A program made the position numbers and the translations under genes. The notes beneath the pieces are model-generated. The model saw only the letters and a list, made by a program, of their open reading frames with translations. It was not told the origin of the DNA and did not search any database. 24,326 nt of DNA from a virus (lineage: Duplodnaviria > Caudoviricetes): positions 1 through 24,326 of IMG/VR virus record IMGVR_UViG_3300014613_000103, one strand, 5' to 3'. This document shows positions 1 to 8,600 of the stretch, one piece after another. Positions within the stretch are counted from its first letter, which is position 1, and each line of letters begins with the position of its first letter.

Positions 1-1
1 A

Positions 2-439
2 GGTATCATTTGAAGCTGCATTAGTCCCTGAAGCCAGAAACCAAGTATGGGAGGCAGCAGGAGATGCTCCTACTTTTACCCATCCTTCAAAAGTCCTGGC
101 CTCATCAGCATCTGGTATAGTTGCCGGTGTGCCAAGAGAGACATTATCGTCTGAGCCATCAAGGACTCTGCCGTCTGGAGTCCAGATAGCACCAGTAACC
201 GCACCAGAGATACCACCACTTAGGTCAATGAGGGGTGTGCCTCCCAGCGCAGGATGCCAGAGCGGTAGATTCAGGACACAGCCACTTAGTACAGGAGGTC
301 TATCCAGCCCATTGATATTGATATGGTAAGGGACAAGCCCATTTACAACAGGAACAATCAATCTTTGGTATTTTCCGGTAATCACTATAGGATAATTAGG
401 TTTAGTATTAGCTGTCTTGCCATTTATTACTAATCCCAT
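2..439 (-). CDS. LamG / concanavalin A-like jelly-roll virion protein (3'-truncated by window edge)
   Basis: Not in the ORF track; translated by hand. GGAGG RBS, then ATG at 439: MGLVINGKTANTKPNYPIVITGKYQRLIVP...SGCVLNLPLWHPALGGTPLIDLSGGISGAVTGAIWTPDGRVLDGSDDNVSLG...RTFEGWVK..., open to position 1. The pattern 'DLSG...GAxW...DGxDDxV...TFEGWVK' is typical of phage LamG-like domains. Confidence 0.75.
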   Translation of the reverse strand, partial: MGLVINGKTANTKPNYPIVITGKYQRLIVPVVNGLVPYHININGLDRPPVLSGCVLNLPLWHPALGGTPLIDLSGGISGAVTGAIWTPDGRVLDGSDDNVSLGTPATIPDADEARTFEGWVKVGASPAASHTWFLASGTNAASNDT

Positions 440-873
440 AGCTTTTCCCTCCAGCAGAAACTATCGGCAGGTTTTAGAGGTTCAAACTTCCACTCCCCAG
501 AGTTTACCTTGTCAACCAATCTACGAAGTATCCGATTAAACCTGAATCCATAGTAAGGGTCATGCTCTACTTCATATATCAGGATATTCCAAGCGGCTCG
601 AAAGAGTTCTTCCCGCCCATGATTATCTTCCATACTCATAAACCAGTCACGTTCGTCAATCAGGATGTGGGAATGAGGATGGATGGTATTCTTTCTAGTA
701 GGTTCGCCAATGGCTCTAACCAGTAGTTTATTGGCGTGTTGGATAGCCTTCTGAAGTGGAGCTTTTACCAACTTGATGACAAACTGGCGTAGAGGTTCTG
801 CCAGCATCCGATAACGGATGAGACACGACCCAAATATATTGTCTGTCCTTTCAATTAAAAGAGGTGCACTCAT
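430..873 (-). CDS. Hypothetical protein (147 aa), paralog of the 2154-2699 protein (EVEHDP motif)
   Basis: Tightly packed in the operon. Shares PLR..I..VK.PL.KAI, H.LID..D.F and LI.EVEHDP.Y motifs with the upstream paralog. Confidence 0.8.
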   Translation of the reverse strand: MSAPLLIERTDNIFGSCLIRYRMLAEPLRQFVIKLVKAPLQKAIQHANKLLVRAIGEPTRKNTIHPHSHILIDERDWFMSMEDNHGREELFRAAWNILIYEVEHDPYYGFRFNRILRRLVDKVNSGEWKFEPLKPADSFCWREKLWD

Positions 874-875
874 AT

Positions 876-1349
876 TTAGCCTGTTACCTCATGCTTGAAG
901 GTCAAGCCCCAGGTTACCGCATCTGAGTTGATAAGGGCTGCCGTTATAACATCGGTAGCCTTGCAGAGTAATTCTTCGGGAGTATACCTTAAGTTCGATA
1001 TTGCATTGGCTACTGCATCAAGACTCAGGAGTGTTACATCATAGGCTGACCCAGTACCATTATCTAATGTCAGGATAAGGTTCTGTGTGCCAGTCGAAGG
1101 GGCAGCACTATTATGAAGCTCAATAGCCACCACTTTATAGGCTACTCCTGGAGCGAGTTTATGAGTGCCGACTGCTATTGCAGATGTTCCAGAGAATGTA
1201 GTTTCTACTATCGTTCTTGCTGGTAAAACCTTACCGATTATGGCTGTACCTGCTGCTAGAATAACGCCAGTAAGCAATGCAACTATAGCAGTGTATATGT
1301 CCCTAAGTCTTCCGAGTATGCTATCTTGTACAAAATCAGGATTGCTCAT
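876..1349 (-). CDS. Hypothetical protein (157 aa), probably a beta-rich virion structural protein
   Basis: CAGGAGG RBS and ATGA overlap with the upstream gene. Thr/Ala/Gly-rich, beta-strand-like composition, downstream of the capsid genes. Confidence 0.7.
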   Translation of the reverse strand: MSNPDFVQDSILGRLRDIYTAIVALLTGVILAAGTAIIGKVLPARTIVETTFSGTSAIAVGTHKLAPGVAYKVVAIELHNSAAPSTGTQNLILTLDNGTGSAYDVTLLSLDAVANAISNLRYTPEELLCKATDVITAALINSDAVTWGLTFKHEVTG

Positions 1350-1585
1350 ATTTTTACCTCCTGTAAAATTTGTTCGAGAGATTCTCCCACCACACTATTA
1401 CTAACCTGGCATTTATATTCTGTCTGAAGCCTGAGAAAGCCGGATGTGTCAATGCTCCCATTTACGAAACTAAAAAGATATTCGCCATCGAAGGTTACTT
1501 CTCCACTTTTTAGCCGATGGAGTTGTTTAAGCTTTACTACCTTTACGAAATCAGTCCAGCTATATTCTGGTATCAATGTCGACAT
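1346..1585 (-). CDS. Small hypothetical protein (79 aa)
   Basis: GGGAGG RBS just before the ATG; overlaps both neighbours. The N-terminus loosely resembles Phd/YefM-like folds (weak). Confidence 0.7.
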   Translation of the reverse strand: MSTLIPEYSWTDFVKVVKLKQLHRLKSGEVTFDGEYLFSFVNGSIDTSGFLRLQTEYKCQVSNSVVGESLEQILQEVKI

Positions 1586-2148
1586 AAAACCTCCCTTCTT
1601 TGCTGTGCTTCCATTTGTTCTCTTAGAACTTTAGCCTTTGATTTCAAGGCAATTACAGATTTCTCTATTTCATCACCCATTGTCTCCAACAGGATGGAAT
1701 ACTTGGACAGTTCCCACTCTAGTCCTCTACCCGTGGCCACACCTAGCCAGAACATGACGTATGGCTTATTTATAAGATGTACCCACTCCGGTGCCTGATC
1801 TACACCGTAGAGCCTGAGTTTCTTATAGCCCTTATAGATTGCATAGGCTATCATATAGGAAACGGAAGGTAAGAAATAAGTCTTTCCAAATTCCCTCAGG
1901 ATTTCTTCGGAAGGGTATTTCTCAGTGGCATAACTTCGATTACTGACAACTGGGATATTGAATTGTTTGGCTATTTGTCTCTCCGACCTGGTAGATTCAA
2001 AATCATCAAAAGCAAAAACCTTATTGATTTTTCGGCAATCAACTTCAGGCATATTGAGAACACTGGCAATAGCCCAGCACTCAGCGTCGAAAGGACAATC
2101 CCTCCATGATTGTCCACGGCCTAAGATGATTACTTCTTTTTCTGCCAT
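1573..2148 (-). CDS. Putative glycosyltransferase-like protein (Maf/MptE-like, GT42/GT29 sialyltransferase-like Rossmann fold)
   Basis: N-terminal VIILGRGQS and later SVSYMIAYAIYKGYKKLRLYGVD match the 'hhhGxGxS' and 'AhxxGxxxhxLxGhD' signatures of this fold. ATG at 2148 follows an AAGGGTG RBS; the track start is GTG 2157. Confidence 0.6.
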   Translation of the reverse strand: MAEKEVIILGRGQSWRDCPFDAECWAIASVLNMPEVDCRKINKVFAFDDFESTRSERQIAKQFNIPVVSNRSYATEKYPSEEILREFGKTYFLPSVSYMIAYAIYKGYKKLRLYGVDQAPEWVHLINKPYVMFWLGVATGRGLEWELSKYSILLETMGDEIEKSVIALKSKAKVLREQMEAQQRREVLCRH

Positions 2149-2153
2149 ATAAA

Positions 2154-2699
2154 TCACCCTTCTTGAGATTCTATCCCCAGGATAGATTTAATCTCATCTC
2201 TGTGCTCTATTAACTTGTAGATGATAGTGGTCTCGCCCCCATACGGTGGCTCTTCTTTCCAATATCTAGCTCCTGGCTTGCCATAAGGCCTCGACTCCCA
2301 CTTACCATCAAGCATGGCCTCAATCACCTTCTCCAGTAGTATCTGGAAGAAGTCACGATAGACCGGGTCATGCTCAACCTCGTCAATCAGTACCCTGCCA
2401 ACTGCCTCCATCATGTCTGGCCAGATTAGATTATGGGAGTGGAAGTAGTCAAAAGTGTCAATCAGGGTATGGGCAATCCTATTATCGGCGTTTTCCTTTG
2501 TTGGCACAGGGTACTTATGAGCCAGTGCCACTATTGCTTTTACTAGAGGGCCCTTCACAATATCTATGAAGTACCACCGAAGGGGATTATGAAGGATAAT
2601 ATGCCTTATTTTCCGAGATACCCTGTTAGGATTCTCTCCAACTACATAGTCCCCTAAAGTCTTTTGTATAAGGTCAGTAGCTATCTTTTCCATACTCAT
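2154..2699 (-). CDS. Hypothetical protein, paralog of the 430-873 protein (EVEHDP motif)
   Basis: The track ORF 2154-2759 starts at a TTG inside the upstream gene. The more plausible starts are ATG 2699 (MSMEK) or ATG 2693, right after a hairpin. Shares motifs with 430-873. Confidence 0.75.
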   Translation of the reverse strand: MSMEKIATDLIQKTLGDYVVGENPNRVSRKIRHIILHNPLRWYFIDIVKGPLVKAIVALAHKYPVPTKENADNRIAHTLIDTFDYFHSHNLIWPDMMEAVGRVLIDEVEHDPVYRDFFQILLEKVIEAMLDGKWESRPYGKPGARYWKEEPPYGGETTIIYKLIEHRDEIKSILGIESQEG

Positions 2700-2728
2700 G
2701 GAGGGAGAGGTTATTAGCCTCCCCCTCC
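2700..2728 (-). promoter_or_regulatory. 11-bp GC-rich hairpin between an AAGGAG Shine-Dalgarno and the ATG
   Basis: Minus strand reads TAAGGAG-TATT-GGAGGGGGAGG-CTAATAA-CCTCTCCCTCC-ATG: 11 pairs including one G-U, with no U-tract after it. Confidence 0.7.
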
Positions 2729-2736
2729 AATACTCC

Positions 2737-3552
2737 TTACCAGCTTGGGTCAAGGTCAATTTTTACCAAGCTATGTTCGGTATCTGCACCGACACTCTCT
2801 ACCATTCCGACAATTACTGCGTTTGTTGCAGCATCGTTATCGTGGGGGCTGACTGCACCAGCGACAGAAGCAGCGTAGGCACTGGCAATACAATTGTTGC
2901 CTAATATCAGTGTCCCATTTGTGAGGACTGCTACGATGCCTTTAGTCTTTATCCAGGCATAGTAACTGGCGGTGAAACTGGAGTGGTTCACTACTCCTAC
3001 CGGGATACCAGTCGGAGTAACAGGATTGACAATCACTCCATCGTAGAGATTTTTTCTGACACCCACTGTAGAAGTCCCTGCTGTCAATGCTACCTCTAGT
3101 GGGTCTACCAGCGTGATGACACAGGCGGCTGCGGCGGTGGCTGCTGGGTGGGACTTAATCTTATAAGGTGTCCCTCTTGTGGTTGCATCATTGACCCACA
3201 AAAAGCCATCCTTGAGATAGTTGATTGTAAGATCGCCAGTAGGGGTAGTGATGGTAACCTCCTTATCCCCTATCGCAGCAGTAACAGCTACCGCTATGTC
3301 CTTAATCTGTGCCGAATTACCAACTGCAGCTTGCTGGAGAAGTTTGCCCATGGTAACAGCAGACGCACCACACTTGGCATACCTATAGACCCCGTCATCG
3401 GTGAGAAGTGCTGCCCCAATCGGGAACTTCTGTGCAGAGCTTTCTGCCCTGACATCAGGGACTTCAAGTGTAACAAGAGTCAAGTCATCAACTCTAGGCA
3501 GTACCAATACACCAGCCTCTGTGTTGATTAAACTATGTTTGTAGTTAGCCAT
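2737..3552 (-). CDS. Probable capsid decoration / cement or minor head protein (271 aa)
   Basis: Immediately downstream of the major capsid gene, with a strong AGGAGG RBS. Ala/Val/Thr/Gly-rich; contains DGxxYRYAK and YYAWIKTKG motifs seen in proteins encoded next to capsid genes. Confidence 0.65.
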   Translation of the reverse strand: MANYKHSLINTEAGVLVLPRVDDLTLVTLEVPDVRAESSAQKFPIGAALLTDDGVYRYAKCGASAVTMGKLLQQAAVGNSAQIKDIAVAVTAAIGDKEVTITTPTGDLTINYLKDGFLWVNDATTRGTPYKIKSHPAATAAAACVITLVDPLEVALTAGTSTVGVRKNLYDGVIVNPVTPTGIPVGVVNHSSFTASYYAWIKTKGIVAVLTNGTLILGNNCIASAYAASVAGAVSPHDNDAATNAVIVGMVESVGADTEHSLVKIDLDPSW

Positions 3553-3587
3553 CTTATTTTAACCTCCTATTTACCCTTTATTTCCTT

Positions 3588-4583
3588 TTACGATAAGGCA
3601 ACGTCTAAGACATTGATGAGTGCCGCCAGGCTGAACTTCTTTTTGCACATAGCCGAGACGTTCCATGAGAACCTGTTGCGGATAGCATTGTAGTCCTCAA
3701 CGAAGGTCTCTCTTTCGTGTGTCATGTTGCCGGCCTGAAGTCCAGTTACCTCATCCTCACCAATCTTAAGAGCGAAGATAATGCTGTTGTCGGCCCCGGA
3801 TGCTCTGGTGGTGGACTGGTCGTAGGTGGATATAGTCAGCACAGAGGTGACACCATCCGGCAGATTGTCGGGAATCCAGTCCGACTCGTAGATGGGGACT
3901 CCATCGTAGCTTGGCATTACCATACCGAATAACTTAGAGTCTATCAACATCAGACCACTAGAACCACTTGCCCTCGACAGGCCTGTAAGCCATCGACTCA
4001 TCCTTCGAGACATCAGAAGTGCAGAGGCTTTCCCCGGCTTTATGGCGTCAAGAAGTTCGTCCATCTTAGCCATTGTCAAGGCAGCAGAAGTGGCACTCAT
4101 CGGAATGACTTGACTGTTATTGATGCCATCGAGGTCAGTAGTCGTAGCACTTTCCAGTTCTGCCAGCATCCGCATCAGTCCCTTAAATTCCTTATCGGAA
4201 CTGAGAGTAGTGGTCTGTCCGTAGATAAAAGCACGCTCAAAAGCGTGAGACATAGCCTTTGCCTTCGCCTCTATATCTGTAGATTCAGGATTTTGGAGAG
4301 GATTCATGGCAATCATAGACTTGTCGGTATCGGCATCACCTATCAAGGTATAGATATTGGTAGTTCTCTGCGCAATGGTGCCAGTGTTCTCAGTAATCTG
4401 GTCTTTTGGTTGCAGCCAACTTACAGTCGGCATGGTGAGTTCGACATTATATTTGATAATGTCATTATTGACTGCCTTAAATGGGAGTGCCTGCGTTAAT
4501 GGACTCTCCTTGACAATCGTATCCCAGACCCCCGCTAAGACAAGGTCTGATTTTAGATAATCTGATTGAACTTTTGATAACAT
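3588..4583 (-). CDS. Major capsid protein, HK97 fold (epsilon15 gp7 / BPP-1-like)
   Basis: 331 aa with an AGGAGG RBS, directly after the scaffold gene. Motifs ESPLTQALPF, FERAFIYG...EFKGL, MDELLDAI..G...LLMS and YDGVPIYESDWIP are typical of HK97-fold capsid proteins. Confidence 0.85.
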   Translation of the reverse strand: MLSKVQSDYLKSDLVLAGVWDTIVKESPLTQALPFKAVNNDIIKYNVELTMPTVSWLQPKDQITENTGTIAQRTTNIYTLIGDADTDKSMIAMNPLQNPESTDIEAKAKAMSHAFERAFIYGQTTTLSSDKEFKGLMRMLAELESATTTDLDGINNSQVIPMSATSAALTMAKMDELLDAIKPGKASALLMSRRMSRWLTGLSRASGSSGLMLIDSKLFGMVMPSYDGVPIYESDWIPDNLPDGVTSVLTISTYDQSTTRASGADNSIIFALKIGEDEVTGLQAGNMTHERETFVEDYNAIRNRFSWNVSAMCKKKFSLAALINVLDVALS

Positions 4584-4589
4584 TTTATA

Positions 4590-5288
4590 TTACCTCCTAC
4601 TTCTTTTTTTAGCTTGCTCAATCCCCAAGTCAATTTTTTCCCTGGGGCTTAATCTATCGAGGTCTACACCCCCGCTACTACTCTCCCCACTATCAGGGGC
4701 AGACGGCTCTTTCCCATTACCTTCAGGTTCGGCTTGAGCCTTGAGTTTCCAGCCCTTTTCCTCAGCTAATGATTCGAGTCCAGCACGGTCATTCACCTTG
4801 AACTTATCGGCTGCACTCAATAGAGAATCAGGATTGGCATCCTCTCCGTTGGCCATAGCGTAAGAATCAGCAATCTCGGCTATGAGCCGGTCTCTCTCGA
4901 ACTTCTGGACGTTAACTTCCCTAGCCGTTAAAGTTGCCAGTTTAGCCTTTGCTTCCCTCCGCAACTTAACGAGGTCGGCTTTGTCAGGGTCGTCCTTTGA
5001 GAGTTCCTCAATCTGGCCGTTTAATTCCTCGATTGTCTGATTTACCGATGCAATCTCCGTATCCTTCTGAGTAAGTTGCCCTTTGATGGTATCTCTCTCC
5101 TGAGTTACGGTTTGAAGTTCGGCTCTTACCTGTCTGCCAACATTCGCTGTGATTTTGTCCACCTCCTCCTGGGTATAAGTTTTGGCGGATTTCTGACTTT
5201 GAGTCGCCTTCGCACCTTCAGAAGCCTTGCCTTTCGCTTCATCAGCTACTTGGGTGGTGTCCTGACTGGTCTTTGGTTCGTCTGCCAT
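4590..5288 (-). CDS. Capsid scaffolding protein (232 aa)
   Basis: KTYTQEEVDKI motif, long coiled coil, acidic linker and basic C-terminal helix (LSPREKIDLGIEQAKKRSRR). Directly upstream of the capsid gene, CAGGAGG RBS. Confidence 0.8.
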   Translation of the reverse strand: MADEPKTSQDTTQVADEAKGKASEGAKATQSQKSAKTYTQEEVDKITANVGRQVRAELQTVTQERDTIKGQLTQKDTEIASVNQTIEELNGQIEELSKDDPDKADLVKLRREAKAKLATLTAREVNVQKFERDRLIAEIADSYAMANGEDANPDSLLSAADKFKVNDRAGLESLAEEKGWKLKAQAEPEGNGKEPSAPDSGESSSGGVDLDRLSPREKIDLGIEQAKKRSRR

Positions 5289-5318
5289 ATAAGTGTGATA
5301 ACCTCCTGATATTTTAAT

Positions 5319-5483
5319 TTATTTCTTTATGGGGTTCTCCGCTTTGTAATTCGGATTCTTCTCAACTGCATAAAGCAATCCCATCGCTTTTACGCAGTTA
5401 GCATGACTTTTCGTGGTTTGCTTCAGTGTCCACTTGCCATCTTTCTTGTGCATGAGCTTGTTGCCATCGCATCTATAAGGCAT
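5319..5483 (-). CDS. Small basic hypothetical protein (54 aa, MPYRCDGNKLMHKKDGKW...)
   Basis: Below the track cut-off. GAGGAGG RBS, ATG 5483, TAA 5319. 'MPY...'-type small proteins are frequent ahead of phage scaffold genes. Confidence 0.7.
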   Translation of the reverse strand: MPYRCDGNKLMHKKDGKWTLKQTTKSHANCVKAMGLLYAVEKNPNYKAENPIKK

Positions 5484-5601
5484 CCTTCACCTCCTCATCC
5501 TTTTTAGTCAATAGCCACACCAGAATATTACTAATAGTATAGCTTAACATAATAACTACCATAAAGCAAATCAGGAACTTAACTGGTATAATCCATATCA
5601 T
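5473..5601 (-). CDS. Small membrane protein (42 aa, MIWIIPVKFLICFMVVIMLSYTISNILVWLLTKKDEEVKDAL)
   Basis: Start is coupled to the giant gene's stop (TAATG). One long hydrophobic segment followed by a charged tail; fills the gap exactly. Confidence 0.6.
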   Translation of the reverse strand: MIWIIPVKFLICFMVVIMLSYTISNILVWLLTKKDEEVKDAL

Positions 5602-8600
5602 TATGTCACCTCATCTTCTGGATAGTCCGTAGCCCCCGAAGGTCTTAGTTTACTACGCCTCTCTAACCACCTGCGTAGTGCCGTATGTCGCTTGTACCAG
5701 CTAAACTTTGCCTTCCCTCTCAAGTCGAGCCAGACATTATATTGGTATTCGACCTCTTCGGACGGAACATTCCTGAAGTCCATTGGTTTATTGGCGAGAA
5801 TCGTTTTATAGACCTTGGTGTAGTAGTCACGGTTAGTTATCATGTACCTTTCTTGAGACCAACCAGCCGAAGGGATAGCCTCATACTCTACATAATTGTC
5901 AATATAGTTATCAGGAACACCCTGGTTCAAACCCTTAATCTTAATCTTGCTGATAACCCAATCAGGGTGTTCAATCTGAAATTGCTGCTTGTCTGCCGGC
6001 GTTATTTTGCGGGTATATTCTTCATCCAGTTCCTTATTGGCGATAGTAAGTTGCCTCGCCAGCACGCTCTTAACAAAGACTGGCTTCCACTTGCCGAGGC
6101 TGACCCCTTCCTCATCAAACCACGGATTCAAGTAGCGGTAGAGTTCTGGGTCTGGCGCATCAGCATACTCGGTATTGAAGGTTGTCTCGAATCTCTCAGT
6201 GGCAACCTTGGTGAAGTCAATGGGCTTCCCGCCAAGGATGCCAAGGTACACGTCATTATAGTATTTCTGGTCTCCCTGTAAGAGCCGTTCCCTTGCCTGC
6301 CCCTCAGTCGGGGTTAGCTCATACTTGACATAGGTTGACATAAAGTTAGTAGGGACGCCAGCTTTTGTACCAGTCTCCGTGATTCTCTCGATATGATAAC
6401 CCGTGTCATTAGCAAGATACTCATCCTGTTGAGTTTTATTGAGCGTGTTAAAATACTTATCCTTGTATTCCTTCAATGCGTATGCCTCAATCTTACCTTC
6501 TGGAATATCCTTAGCCTTTGCTTCTCTGCGGAAGGTGTCAAGGGCATATTCCTTATTCTCAGGGTCAAAGAAGTATGACTGCTTATCCTCATCGGTCAGA
6601 CTTTTATAATAGAGCGTCTCGTACTTGAAGTCAGCCTCAACATCGGCATCAGCTTTTGACATACCATCTTCAAGGGCTGTTATCCTGAAGGTATTGAGCG
6701 TATACTCCTTATTCTCAAGTTTCAACTTATAAGCCAACTTATCATCATCAGAGAGGATATTCGATAGGATGTCATCCTGTGGTTTATTGGCTATCTTCAG
6801 CTTCAAGGCGTCTATATTCTTAACGTATCCTGGAATAGTCGGGTCAGTCAAGGACTCCCAGCCAGCGACTTCTGACCACACCTTATCGAAGTCAGGATGC
6901 TCCAGTCTGAATAGCTTGCCCTCAAGACTGGTAGCACTGGGAGTCTTATCGAAGTTGACATAATCCTCAACGATTTTCTTATCGGCTATCGTATTATCGA
7001 AGGCGAACTGTGCTTTATAGGCATCAATGCGGGCTTTATCAGCCACCCAGCTTGGATTCTGAGCCTCCCAAGCCTTTATATCCCTATCGTTGGTCAGGGC
7101 TTTGCGTTCGTCATTAAGGACACGGTTCTTGACCTCTATCTCAAGGGCAGGTATAGGCTTGCCATCCCATGCGGGAACAAGTATTGGTTTTTCCACAAAC
7201 CCCATAGGCCGCCCAACATCCTCTACTTTAATTACATTAGTCCAGCCTGGGCTTTCAAACTTGTGGAGCTTCTCATTCTTCAGGAGTAGTAGATGAGCTT
7301 CAGGGCTACCATAGCCGAACTTATCAACTATATCATGGTACTCGAAGTATGCCTTGCGGGTCTCTTCGTCCTCTGGCACACCGAAATCAGGCAGAGCATT
7401 ATCTGGTATGTCAAGGTCTTTTGCCAGTTTCGAAGCCTTGGCATAAGCCTCGGAAGATAAGATGTCGGCCTGTCCCCATACAGCTAACTTAGCGTTCTCT
7501 TCAGGGTGAGACTTTAGCCATTCATCATAAGGGTCAATGTCTATCCCAGGATTATCTTTAATAAATTGCTTTTGCTCTTCCCCTGTTAGCATATGATACC
7601 TAGTAAGCAGAGCAAATTGTGTCTGAGTCATATTCCCTAAACGAGCATTTTTAGTTAGTTCGTATTTATCATATTCTATGAGTGCCTTGTCCCCCTTGAA
7701 TGTAGTCTCCTTATAACTACCGTCTGGTTGAAGTTCTTTTTTTACCCAGACAGCCTTATCACCACTAGCGACCAGTTCCTCTCTCTTCCTCCACTGGCTA
7801 TAATAATCAGAGAAAGTCAAACCTTTGGCAGGGTCAGCAGGTATAGATGTTAATTTAACCCTAGGCATATCTTTCGTCTGCTCAAGTATCTGATTTGCCT
7901 CAGCGATTGCCTTAATTCTTGGAGGGAATCCCTTCTTTTCCGTCAATGTTGCTGGGTCAACCCCCTTAAATTGTGATGCGGTATCAGACCAGAAGTCTTT
8001 GACGTCATAAGGCGGCTGAGTTATCCCGTAAGGTAGATTATCAGGATACTTTGGCAACCCTAGTTTCATAGCATTTTCATTCCAATCACCTGTATAGGTT
8101 TGGACACCGGCGCCCAGAACAGCAGGAATAGCAGATTGTAGAGCGTGAATAGGGTCATCCTGATATGCCTCATAAATATCCCATACGGCAAAAGGCGCAA
8201 CCCTTTCGACCCATTGCTTCTTATTCTTAACATCAAACTCTTCGCCAACAAAGTTCTTCCCCTTCCAAGCATCGAGAAAGAATGAGGCTAATGGGGAAGC
8301 CTTGCCTCGAATAAAGTTTTGCATAAGGTCAAGGGGGTCTGTTTTATACTCCGCCCCTGTGACACTTGATACCCCTGTCTTTGTAATTGCTCTGGTAAAG
8401 AACACGAGGAATTGTCGGTATCCGCCCCAAGGGTCTATCCTAGTATTGCCAATCCTGATACTCATATACTCAGCACTTCTTGAGTCTGTCTCTACACCCC
8501 ACCAACCCATCATAGCACCGAGTAATATCATGCCACCGAATGTACCAACAAAAGTTGAGGTGTTTTTCCATGCCTCTAGTCTTACTCTCGGATTAGGATT

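Noticed and set aside
1346-1585. Toxin-antitoxin module (Phd/YefM-like look)
   Set aside because: The resemblance is weak and no adjacent toxin-like gene is identifiable.
3588-4583. Encapsulin rather than phage capsid
   Set aside because: Terminase, portal and scaffold genes are in the same operon.
4581-4612. Scaffold-capsid fusion by readthrough or frameshift (same frame, A7 run before the stop)
   Set aside because: The stop is TAA, the A-run is not phased as X XXY YYZ, and the capsid gene has its own strong AGGAGG RBS.
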